32,000 nucleotides of DNA from Pseudomonas aeruginosa (GTDB taxonomy: Bacteria; Pseudomonadota; Gammaproteobacteria; Pseudomonadales; Pseudomonadaceae): positions 1,380,001 to 1,412,000 of the forward strand of contig NZ_LN831024.1 of the NCBI RefSeq assembly GCF_001457615.1, written 5' to 3'. Each line of letters opens with the position of its first letter. The first letter of the stretch is position 1. The notes below the pieces were generated by a model. That model saw only the letters and a list, made by a program, of their open reading frames with translations, was not told the DNA's origin and did not search any database. A program made the position numbers and the translations under genes. This document shows, one piece after another, positions 1-8,034 of the stretch.

Positions 1-465
1 CAGGCGCCCGGTGACCGCCCAGTTGTCGGCGAACAGCAGCTTCCAGGGGCTCGATTCGCTGTCCGGCGATTGTCCCCAGAACACGCTGACCGGAATGATC
101 TGCGCGTCGTCGAGACCGTTCTGGCCGACCGCGGCGAGCATGCGCACCAGGGTCGGCGAGGCGCCGCGCTTATCCTGGCGGCCGAGCCAGTCGGGTTCGG
201 GCGTCAGGTAGAAGAACGCCGCCGGCTCGATGGCGTCGCCTACCGCTACCGGCATCACCGGACGCGGCAGCCCGGCCTTGCGGCATTCGGTATCCACTAC
301 CGCGAGATCGCTGACCGAAGGCTGTTGCAGCACGTAGAGCACCGGCTTGCTGCGGTCGATCTTCAGGGTGAAGGCCGATTGGTTGATGGTTTCCGAGCGT
401 ACCCAGAGGTACAGCAGGCGGCGCAGGGCGCCAAAACCAAAGCGGCGGAAAGGGTAGCGGGGCAT
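1..465 (-). CDS. plsB: Glycerol-3-phosphate acyltransferase PlsB, N-terminal 155 codons (gene continues beyond window start)
   Basis: Absent from the ORF track because it runs off the window edge. Reverse complement of 465..1 reads [69 protein letters not shown]...[10 protein letters not shown]. This is collinear with the E. coli PlsB N-terminus (SRPIMYVLPYNSKADLL..., VPVSVMFGR). The frame stays open for 465 nt with no stop. Confidence 0.88.
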   Translation of the reverse strand, partial: MPRYPFRRFGFGALRRLLYLWVRSETINQSAFTLKIDRSKPVLYVLQQPSVSDLAVVDTECRKAGLPRPVMPVAVGDAIEPAAFFYLTPEPDWLGRQDKRGASPTLVRMLAAVGQNGLDDAQIIPVSVFWGQSPDSESSPWKLLFADNWAVTGRL

Positions 466-562
466 ACGGTGTCTACTGGCAGTTGATCGGGACCCGGCGT
501 GACGGGCGCGGCTAGTTTGCCGCAATCCCCGGAGGGCCGCAAAAGAACGCAACGCGTCCTAC

Positions 563-640
563 GGCGAACGGCGGCGAACAGGTTGCGAATGTAGAACCTT
601 CGGCAGGCGTTCGGGTTCTGTCACGTTTTGCCAAGGTTCT
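563..640. promoter_or_regulatory. Array of GAAC/GTTC-core motifs in the plsB / ABC-cassette divergent promoter region (candidate operator)
   Basis: GGCGAAC occurs at 563-569 and 573-579. AGAACCTT at 593-600 is the exact reverse complement of AAGGTTCT at 633-640. GGTTCT at 614-619 lies midway between them. The AGAACC/GGTTCT hexamers start at 593, 614 and 635, a 21-bp spacing. Confidence 0.35.
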
Positions 641-748
641 CCCGATGCCCCGTATTGCCAGGCGGCGGGGCGCTTCGGCTATAGTCCCTGCGCGTTTTTC
701 GCGGCCCTGGCCGGACATGGCGGCGGCCGCCGGAACAGGTAGGGGACC

Positions 749-1672
749 ATGATCGAAACAAGAAACCTCGGCAAACGCTTCGGCTCGCGGGTGGCGGTGG
801 ACGACCTGTCCTTCCAGGTGGCGACGGGGGAGGTACTGGGCTTCCTCGGTCCGAACGGCGCCGGCAAGTCCACCACCATGAAGATGCTCACCGGCTTCCT
901 GGCGCCCAGCGCCGGCACCGCGAGCATCTTCGGCTTCGACATCCGCAACCGCACGCTGCAGGCGCAGCGGCTGATCGGCTACCTCCCGGAAGGTTCGCCC
1001 TGCTACGCGGAAATGACCGTGCAGGGCTTCCTCGATTTCATCGCCGAGATCCGTGGCTACCGTGGTGCCGGCAAGCGCGAGCGGGTCGCCCGGGCACTGG
1101 GGCTGCTGGAACTGGACGAGGTGCGCCGGCAGACCATCGAAACCCTCTCCAAGGGCTTCCGCCGGCGTGTCGGCCTGGCCCAGGCGATCCTCCACGAACC
1201 GCGGGCGCTGGTGCTCGACGAGCCCACCGACGGGCTCGATCCGAACCAGAAGCACCAGGTCCGCGAACTGATCCGCGGCCTCGCGCAGGAGCGCATCGTG
1301 ATCATCTCCACCCATATCCTCGAGGAAGTCTCGGCGCTGTGCAGCCGCGCCCTGGTGATCGGCGGCGGGCGGCTGCTGGCGGACAGCACGCCGCTGGAGC
1401 TGGCCAGCCGCTCGCGCTACCACCAGGCGGTGACGCTCTACAGCGACGAGCCCCTGGATGCCGTGGCGCTGGCGGTGCTGCCGGGCGTGGCGGGCATCGA
1501 GGAGAACCCCGCCGAAGGCAGCCTGACCGTCCTGGCGCAGCCGGGCGCGGTGATCTTCCCCCAGGTCAGCGGGCTGGTCGCCGAGCGCGGCTGGCGGATC
1601 CGCGAACTGGACGTGGAGCGCGGCCGGCTCGACGAGGTATTCCGCAACCTGACCCGGGGGACGGAGGCATGA
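749..1672 (+). CDS. ABC transporter ATP-binding protein (ABC-2 / GldA-like subfamily)
   Basis: 307 aa. Walker A GPNGAGKST, Q-loop IGYLPEG, degenerate signature LSKGFRRRVGLAQA, Walker B LVLDEPTDGLD, H-loop ISTHILEE. RBS-like aggtagggga lies upstream. Confidence 0.93.
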   Translation: MIETRNLGKRFGSRVAVDDLSFQVATGEVLGFLGPNGAGKSTTMKMLTGFLAPSAGTASIFGFDIRNRTLQAQRLIGYLPEGSPCYAEMTVQGFLDFIAEIRGYRGAGKRERVARALGLLELDEVRRQTIETLSKGFRRRVGLAQAILHEPRALVLDEPTDGLDPNQKHQVRELIRGLAQERIVIISTHILEEVSALCSRALVIGGGRLLADSTPLELASRSRYHQAVTLYSDEPLDAVALAVLPGVAGIEENPAEGSLTVLAQPGAVIFPQVSGLVAERGWRIRELDVERGRLDEVFRNLTRGTEA

Positions 1673-2403
1673 AGCAACTGCCGGTGATCTTCAAGCGCGA
1701 GCTGGCGAGTTATTTCGCCACGCCGCTGGCCTATGTGTTCATCGTGATCTTCCTGGTCCTGGCGGGCGTGTTCACCTTCTACCTGGGCAACTTCTACGAA
1801 CGCAACCAGGCCGACCTGGCCTCCTTCTTCGCCTTCCATCCCTGGCTCTACCTGTTCCTGGTTCCCGCGCTGGCCATGCGCCTGTGGGCGGAGGAGCGCA
1901 AGTCCGGCTCGATCGAGCTGCTGATGACCCTGCCGCTGACCCGCTTCGAAGCCGTGGCCGGCAAGTTCCTGGCCGCCTGGGCGTTCGCCGGAATCGCACT
2001 GCTGCTGACCTTCCCCATGGTGCTCACGGTGAACTACCTGGGCGAGCCGGACAACGGTGCGATTCTCGCCGGCTACCTGGGCAGTTGGCTGCTGGCCGGC
2101 GGCTACCTGGCCATCGGTTCGTGCATGTCGGCCCTGGCGAAGAACCAGGTGATCGCTTTCATCCTCGCCGTGGCCGCCTGCTTCCTGTTCATGCTCAGCG
2201 GCTTTCCGCTGGTGCTCGATGCGTTCAGCCAGTGGGCGCCGCAGTGGTTGCTCGATGCGGTGGCCTCGCTGAGCCTGCTGACCCGCTTCGATGCCGTCAG
2301 CAAGGGCGTCATCGACCTGCGCGACCTGCTGTATTTCGTCAGCCTGATCGTCGCCTGGCTGGCCGCCACGGCGGTGGCGGTCGAGCTGAAGAAAGCCGAA
2401 TGA
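1669..2403 (+). CDS. ABC-2 type permease (GldF-like), about 6 predicted TM helices
   Basis: Start MKQLPVIFKRELASYF; its ATG (1669) overlaps the ATPase TGA (1670-1672) as ATGA. The protein is hydrophobic with repeated helix-length segments. The ORF-track 1339 start is an upstream artefact inside the ATPase gene. Confidence 0.88.
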   Translation: MKQLPVIFKRELASYFATPLAYVFIVIFLVLAGVFTFYLGNFYERNQADLASFFAFHPWLYLFLVPALAMRLWAEERKSGSIELLMTLPLTRFEAVAGKFLAAWAFAGIALLLTFPMVLTVNYLGEPDNGAILAGYLGSWLLAGGYLAIGSCMSALAKNQVIAFILAVAACFLFMLSGFPLVLDAFSQWAPQWLLDAVASLSLLTRFDAVSKGVIDLRDLLYFVSLIVAWLAATAVAVELKKAE

Positions 2404-2413
2404 GGGGGAGTCG

Positions 2414-4261
2414 ATGAAACGCGTGTTGTCCTCTGGCGCCGGGCTGTTGCTGATCGCGCTGGCGTTCCTGGCCTTCAACATGGTCTCCGGCCTGCTGTTC
2501 AGCGGCGCGCGGCTCGACCTGACCGAGCAGAAGCTCTACACCATCAGCCCCGGCACCAAGCGGATCCTGGCCGGCCTCGACGAGCCGATCAACCTGTACT
2601 TCTTCTATTCGGATAGCGGTGCCCGGGAACTGGTGCCGCTGCGCAACTACGCCAGGCGCGTCGAGGAACTGCTGCGCGCCTACGAGCGCGAGGCGAACGG
2701 CAGGATTCGCCTGCAGGTGATCGATCCCGAGCCGTTCTCCGAGAACGAGGACAAGGCCACCGAGTTCGGCCTGCAAGGAGTTCCCCTGCAGCAGGGCGGC
2801 GACAACCTGTACTTCGGCCTGGCCGGCAGCAACGCCCTGGACGGAGTCCAGGTCATACCCTTCTTCCCGCTCGATCAGGAGGAGTTCCTCGAATACGACA
2901 TCAGCCGTCTGGTGCAGACCCTGGCCCAGCCGCAGCGGCCGGTGGTCGGCCTGATGTCGTCGCTGCCGCTCAATGGCGGCTTCGACATGGCCAGCCGGCA
3001 GCCGACCTCGCCGTGGATGGTCATGGAGGAAATCCGCCAGCAATTCGACCTGCGCAGCCTCAAGAGCGATGCCACGGAAATCCCGCCGGAGGTCTCGGTG
3101 CTGCTGCTGGTGCATCCCAAGCAGTTACCCGAGCAGACGCTATACGCCATCGACCAGTTCGTCCTGCGCGGGGGCAAGCTGCTGGCGTTCGTCGACCCCT
3201 TCAGCGAGGCCGACAGCGGCAGCGATTTCGCCGCTACGCTGGATGGCGACAAGTCGTCCGACCTCGCGCCGCTGTTCGAGGCCTGGGGGCTGCGGCTGCT
3301 GCCGGGCAAGGTGCTCGGCGACGGCGCCTATGCGATGTCCATCAGTCTTGGCCGGGACCAGCGTCCGGCCCGGCATCCGGCCTGGCTCAGCTTGCCGCGC
3401 GAGGCGCTGGACCAGGACGACATCGCCACTGCTGGCCTGGAAAGCCTGACCCTGGCGACGCCCGGTATCCTCGAAAGGCTCCCCGGAGCGAGCACCAGCT
3501 TCACGCCTTTGCTGCAAAGCTCGACCCAGGCGATGCCATTCGACGCCTCGCGCTTCGGCCTGCTGCGCGACCCCGGCGATCTGATGCGCGAGCTGCGCCC
3601 GAGCGGCCGACGGCATACTCTCGCCGCCCGTATCCAGGGGCCGGCGAAGAGTGCCTTCGCGGAGGGCATCGAGGGGCATCGGGAAGGCCTGAAGGAGGCG
3701 CGCAACATCAATGTCATCGTCGTGGCCGATACCGACCTGCTCAGCGATCGCATGTGGGTCCAGGTGCAGGACTTCTTCGGCCAGCGCGTGCCGCAGCCCT
3801 GGGCCGACAACGGCGCGCTGGTGGTCAACGCGCTGGACAACCTGTCGGGCACCGACGCGCTGATCAGCGTGCGCTCCCGCGGCCGGTTCAGCCGGCCGTT
3901 CGTGGTGGTCGAGCGCCTGCAGCGCGAGGCCGAGACGAGCTTCCGGCAAAAGGAGGACCAGCTCAAGCAGCGCCTCGCCGATACCGAGCAGCAACTCGCC
4001 GCCCTCCAGCAGGGCGCCGCCCCGGAGAAGGCCGTCGAACTGACGCCCGAACAGCAGGCCACGGTGCGCCAGTACATGCAGGAGAAGCTGCGCATCCGCA
4101 AGGAGCTGCGCGAGGTGCAGTACCAGTTGAACGCCGATATCGACGCACTGGGCCGCACCCTGAAGCTGGTCAATATCGCCCTGGTTCCCTCGTTGCTCAC
4201 GGTCGGCGTGCTGCTCGGCTGGCTCTGGCGGCGCTGGCGCATGGCCCGGGGAGGGCATTGA
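2414..4261 (+). CDS. GldG-like ABC-transporter auxiliary protein, bitopic with a large extracytoplasmic domain
   Basis: 615 aa; RBS gggggag lies 5 nt upstream. N-terminal TM LLLIALAFLAFNMVSGLLF, then about 500 aa of soluble body. A charged heptad-like segment follows (ERLQREAETSFRQKEDQLKQRLADTEQQLAALQQ...LRIRKELREVQYQLNADIDAL), then a C-terminal TM LVNIALVPSLLTVGVLLGWLW. The family call rests on recalled architecture and needs an HMM check. Confidence 0.8.
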   Translation: MKRVLSSGAGLLLIALAFLAFNMVSGLLFSGARLDLTEQKLYTISPGTKRILAGLDEPINLYFFYSDSGARELVPLRNYARRVEELLRAYEREANGRIRLQVIDPEPFSENEDKATEFGLQGVPLQQGGDNLYFGLAGSNALDGVQVIPFFPLDQEEFLEYDISRLVQTLAQPQRPVVGLMSSLPLNGGFDMASRQPTSPWMVMEEIRQQFDLRSLKSDATEIPPEVSVLLLVHPKQLPEQTLYAIDQFVLRGGKLLAFVDPFSEADSGSDFAATLDGDKSSDLAPLFEAWGLRLLPGKVLGDGAYAMSISLGRDQRPARHPAWLSLPREALDQDDIATAGLESLTLATPGILERLPGASTSFTPLLQSSTQAMPFDASRFGLLRDPGDLMRELRPSGRRHTLAARIQGPAKSAFAEGIEGHREGLKEARNINVIVVADTDLLSDRMWVQVQDFFGQRVPQPWADNGALVVNALDNLSGTDALISVRSRGRFSRPFVVVERLQREAETSFRQKEDQLKQRLADTEQQLAALQQGAAPEKAVELTPEQQATVRQYMQEKLRIRKELREVQYQLNADIDALGRTLKLVNIALVPSLLTVGVLLGWLWRRWRMARGGH

Positions 4262-4264
4262 CGC

Positions 4265-5245
4265 ATGCGGCGCAATACGCTGATCGTCCTGCTGGCGCTG
4301 GTGGCGGCGCTGGCCGGAACCTTCGCCTGGCTGCAGCGCGAGCGCGCAGCCGAGGTACCTGCCTTGCCGGCGGCAGAGCGCTGGCTGCCGGAACTGGACA
4401 GCGCGACGCTGAGTGGCCTGCACATGCAGTTTGCCGACGGTTCGCCGGATATCCGGGTCGAGCGGCGTGCGGGCGCGTGGGTCCTGCCGGCCAAGGCCGA
4501 CTATCCGGCCGACCGGCTACGCTTGTCGGCGCTGCTCGAGGCACTGGCAGAGGCGCGCAAGGTCGAGGCGAAGAGCGCCAACCCGAAGAACCACGCGCTG
4601 CTTGGCCTGGCGGAGCGTGGCGAGGGGCAGGCGCTACGCCTGAGCCTGCATTGGCAGTCCGACGAGCCTCTGGTGCTGCTGGTGGGCAAGGATGCGCAGC
4701 ATGGCGGTAGCTTCGTACGACGACTGGGCGACCCGCAGGCCTGGCTGATCGACAAGCGCCTGCCGTTGCCGAACAACGAGCTGGAGTGGCTCGACCGGCG
4801 GATCGCCACGCTGCCCTTCGCCCGGGTGCGCGAACTGCAACTGCGCTATCCGAAGGGCGAACGCCTGGATCTCTATCGCGACGACGCCGGGCAGCCGAAC
4901 CTGCAGGTTCGGCAATTGCCCACAGGGCGCAAGCTGGCCTATGAGGCAGCGGCCAACGGCGCGGCGACGCTGTTCGCCGACCTGCGTTTCGCCGATGTAG
5001 CGCCGCTGGCGCAGGTGGGATTCAGGCAGGCGCCATTGCTCCTGGCGTTCAGCCTGCGGACGTTTTCCGGCGCGCGCCTGGATGGCGAGATTCGGCGCCA
5101 GGGCGAGCAATACTGGTTGTTGCCGAAGAGCGTCGAGGGCTTCGCCGAGGGCGAGGTCGCCGCCCATCCTGACTGGGCCTATCGGATCGAAGAGGACCGC
5201 TACCGCGCCCTGGCCCGGCACCTGCCGGAGCTGCTGGCGCGCTGA
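4265..5245 (+). CDS. Single-pass membrane-anchored protein, probably DUF4340-type partner of GldG-like proteins
   Basis: 326 aa, beginning 3 nt after the upstream stop. N-terminal anchor MRRNTLIVLLALVAALAGTFAWL, with the remainder soluble. The DUF4340 assignment comes from my memory of the common ATPase/ABC-2/GldG/DUF4340 cassette and is not verified. Confidence 0.7.
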   Translation: MRRNTLIVLLALVAALAGTFAWLQRERAAEVPALPAAERWLPELDSATLSGLHMQFADGSPDIRVERRAGAWVLPAKADYPADRLRLSALLEALAEARKVEAKSANPKNHALLGLAERGEGQALRLSLHWQSDEPLVLLVGKDAQHGGSFVRRLGDPQAWLIDKRLPLPNNELEWLDRRIATLPFARVRELQLRYPKGERLDLYRDDAGQPNLQVRQLPTGRKLAYEAAANGAATLFADLRFADVAPLAQVGFRQAPLLLAFSLRTFSGARLDGEIRRQGEQYWLLPKSVEGFAEGEVAAHPDWAYRIEEDRYRALARHLPELLAR

Positions 5246-5251
5246 GCGGGC

Positions 5252-5674
5252 TCAGCCGGCGGTCTGGCCGGCCAGTTCGCGCATGCGTTGTAGCACGGCG
5301 TTCAGGCCGTTGCTGCGCGAGGGCGACAGTTGGCGGGAAAGACCCAGGCAGGTGAACCAGTCGTTGAGGTCTAGGCGCGCCAGTTCGCGGGTCTCGATGC
5401 CGTCGACCCGTGCCAGCAGCACCGCCAGCAGGCCGCGGATCAGGCGCGCGTCGCTGTCGGCACGGAAGCGCCAGTGGCCGTCGCGCTGCTCGCCGAGCAG
5501 CCAGACCAGGCTTTCGCAACCGTGCACGCGATGCTCTTCCTGGCGTTCGTGTTCCGCGAGCGGCGCCAGGCGCTCGCCCCATTGCAGCAGCAGACGCGCA
5601 CGCTGTTCCCAACTGGCGGTGTGACCGAAGGCGTCCAGTGCCTCCTGGGCCTGTTCGGGGAGAACCGGGTTCAT
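5252..5674 (-). CDS. csdE: SufE/CsdE-family sulfur acceptor protein
   Basis: 140 aa from MNPVLPEQAQEALDAF. Conserved persulfide-accepting Cys in HGCESLVWL. LIRGLLAVLLARVDG and LSPSRSNGLNAV closely parallel E. coli CsdE (IVRGLLAVLLTAVEG, LSASRSQGLNAL). The ATG overlaps the csdA stop (tcat at 5671-5674). The ORF-track 5803 start is an upstream extension. Confidence 0.88.
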   Translation of the reverse strand: MNPVLPEQAQEALDAFGHTASWEQRARLLLQWGERLAPLAEHERQEEHRVHGCESLVWLLGEQRDGHWRFRADSDARLIRGLLAVLLARVDGIETRELARLDLNDWFTCLGLSRQLSPSRSNGLNAVLQRMRELAGQTAG

Positions 5675-6876
5675 CGCAGCAACTCCAGTGAGCGGTCGAG
5701 AGCCAGGAAGAAGCGCTCCAGGTCGTCGGCATCGTTGTACAAGCCCAGCGAGACACGCAGGGCGCCGGGTACCTCGAGGCGTTGCAGCAGCGGCATCGCG
5801 CAATGGTGGCCGGCGCGCACCGCGATGCCCTGTTCGCCGAGCAGGTGGGCGAGATCGGCGACGTGCACGCCGTCGACGCAGAAGCTGGCCAGCGCCGCCT
5901 GCGGTTCGCCGAGCAGGCTGACGCCGTCGCGCGCCAGCAGGCCGGCGAGCAGGCGGGCGTGGAGGGCGCCTTCGTGGGCGGCGACTTCGGCTTCGTCCAG
6001 GGTGGCCAGCCAGTCGATGGTCGCGCCTAGGCCGATCGCCGCGGAAACCGCCGGGGTGCCCGCCTCGAAGCCGAGCGGAGCGGCATGGAAGCTGGCTTCG
6101 TGGAAGCCGGTGTGGCGTACCATCTCGCCGCCGAACTGCCAGTGCGCCAGTTGCTCCAGGGCCTGTGGGCGACCCCAGAGCACGCCGATGCCGTCGGGGC
6201 CGTAGAGCTTGTGGCCGGAGAATGCGTAGAAGTCGCAGCCCAGGCCCGGCAGGTCGTGGCGTCCGTGGACGCTGCCCTGGGCGCCGTCGACCAGGGTCCA
6301 GGCACCGCGCTCGCGGGCCAGCTGGATCAACTCCACCACCGGTTGCCAGGTGCCGAGAACGTTGGACAACTGGCTGATCGCCAGCAGGCGGGTACGCTCG
6401 CCGATGATATGGCGGGCCTGCTCCAGGTCGATCACCCCGCGCTCGTCCAGCGGCAACACGCGCAGGACCAGGCCGCGGCGCAGGGCCAACTGCTGCCAGG
6501 GAAGCAGGTTGGCATGGTGTTCCAGGGCACTGACCAGCAGTTCGTCGCCAGGCCGGAAATGCCGCTCCAGGCCATAGGCCACCAGGTTGATCGCCTCTGT
6601 GGTGCCGCGGGTGAACAGTACCTCGGCCGGGTTGCCGGCGTGCAGCCAGTGGGCGACGCGGCTGCGCGCGGCCTCGAAGGCCCGGGTGGCACGCTCGCCG
6701 GGGACATGTTGGGCGCGGTGGACGTTGGCGGCGCCGCCGAGGTAGTAGCCGTTCAGGGCGTCGAGTACGGCCTGTGGCTTCTGGGCGGTGGCGGCGCTGT
6801 CGAGGTAGGTCAGGCCTTCCGCGGCGAAGGCGGAAAAGGCCGGAAAGTCGGCGCGCCAGGGAGACGGCAGGGACAT
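5671..6876 (-). CDS. csdA: Group II cysteine desulfurase (class V aminotransferase), CsdA type
   Basis: 401 aa from MSLPSPWRADFPAF. PLP-lysine motif FSGHKLYGP, catalytic Cys loop RAGHHCAMPLL, and HHANLLPWQ. Collinear with and the same length as E. coli CsdA. An alternative start 15 codons upstream (6921) is less likely. Confidence 0.9.
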   Translation of the reverse strand: MSLPSPWRADFPAFSAFAAEGLTYLDSAATAQKPQAVLDALNGYYLGGAANVHRAQHVPGERATRAFEAARSRVAHWLHAGNPAEVLFTRGTTEAINLVAYGLERHFRPGDELLVSALEHHANLLPWQQLALRRGLVLRVLPLDERGVIDLEQARHIIGERTRLLAISQLSNVLGTWQPVVELIQLARERGAWTLVDGAQGSVHGRHDLPGLGCDFYAFSGHKLYGPDGIGVLWGRPQALEQLAHWQFGGEMVRHTGFHEASFHAAPLGFEAGTPAVSAAIGLGATIDWLATLDEAEVAAHEGALHARLLAGLLARDGVSLLGEPQAALASFCVDGVHVADLAHLLGEQGIAVRAGHHCAMPLLQRLEVPGALRVSLGLYNDADDLERFFLALDRSLELLR

Positions 6877-6970
6877 GGCGGACACTGTGCGAGGACGGTT
6901 ACAGGGGAAAGGGTAGCGCACCCGGCGGCGCTGGCGAGCACCGTCGGGCGAGCGGGGAGGCGAGCTGGGC

Positions 6971-8005
6971 TCAGTTGTGCGCGTGCAGCGCTTCGTTCAG
7001 CTCGATGGCGGTCTTGTTGGTCTTGCACTCCACCGCACCGTTCTGCGAGTTGCGGCGGAACAGCAGGTCGGGCTGACCGGCCAGGTCGCGGGCCTTGACC
7101 ACTTTCACCAGGGCGTTCTGCTCGTCGAGCAGGGCGACCTTGGTGCCGGCGGTGATGTACAGGCCGGCCTCGACGATGTTGCGATCGCCCAGCGGGATGC
7201 CGATGCCGGCGTTGGCGCCGATCAGGCAGCCTTCGCCGACGCTGATGACGATGTTGCCGCCACCGGAAAGGGTGCCCATGGTCGAGCAGCCGCCGCCCAG
7301 GTCCGACCCCTTGCCGACGAACACGCCGGCGGATACGCGGCCTTCGATCATGCCCGGGCCTTCGGTGCCGGCGTTGAAGTTGACGAAACCTTCGTGCATC
7401 ACCGTGGTGCCTTCACCGATGTAGGCGCCCAGGCGCACGCGGGCGGTGTCGGCGATGCGTACGCCGGCCGGGACCACGTAGTCGGTCATCTTCGGGAACT
7501 TGTCGACGGAGAAGACTTCCAGCAGCTTGCCCTTCAGTCGCGCTTCCAGTTGCAGTTCGGCCAGTTCGGCCAGGTCCACCGCGCCGATGTTGGTCCAGGC
7601 CACGTTCGGCAGGAGCGGGAAGATGCCGCTCAGGTTCACAGCGTGCGGCTTGACCAGGCGGTGGGAGAGCAGGTGCAGCTTGAGGTAGGCCTCCGGGGTG
7701 GAGGACGGCGCGGCGTCTTCCGCCAACAGGGTGGCGACCAGCGGCTTCTGGCTTTCCGCCAGGCGCGAGAGCAGGGCCGACTGAGCGGCGTCGATACCCT
7801 TCAGGGCGTCGGCCAACTGGTAGGCCTGCTGCGAAGTGAAGGTCAGCGCCTGGTTGCCGGCTGCGTAGCCAAGGATCGGTGCGACGGCGGCGACGATTTC
7901 GCTCGAAGGCTTGAGCAGCGGCAGCGCGTAGAACACTTCCAGCCAGGCTTCCTGGCGGTTCTGGGTGCCGACGCCGAAGGCCAGGCTGAACAGGGATTGC
8001 GACAT
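6971..8005 (-). CDS. dapD: 2,3,4,5-tetrahydropyridine-2,6-dicarboxylate N-succinyltransferase (long form)
   Basis: 344 aa from MSQSLFSLAFGVGTQNRQEAW. Left-handed beta-helix hexapeptide repeats in the C-terminal half (GAYIGEGTTVMHEGFVNFNAGT...GVFVGKGSDLGGGCSTMGTLSGGGN). The 803-aa ORF-track entry is this frame staying open upstream. Confidence 0.93.
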   Translation of the reverse strand: MSQSLFSLAFGVGTQNRQEAWLEVFYALPLLKPSSEIVAAVAPILGYAAGNQALTFTSQQAYQLADALKGIDAAQSALLSRLAESQKPLVATLLAEDAAPSSTPEAYLKLHLLSHRLVKPHAVNLSGIFPLLPNVAWTNIGAVDLAELAELQLEARLKGKLLEVFSVDKFPKMTDYVVPAGVRIADTARVRLGAYIGEGTTVMHEGFVNFNAGTEGPGMIEGRVSAGVFVGKGSDLGGGCSTMGTLSGGGNIVISVGEGCLIGANAGIGIPLGDRNIVEAGLYITAGTKVALLDEQNALVKVVKARDLAGQPDLLFRRNSQNGAVECKTNKTAIELNEALHAHN

Positions 8006-8034
8006 GTGGGTTTCCTCGAAACGGAGTGGAACGG

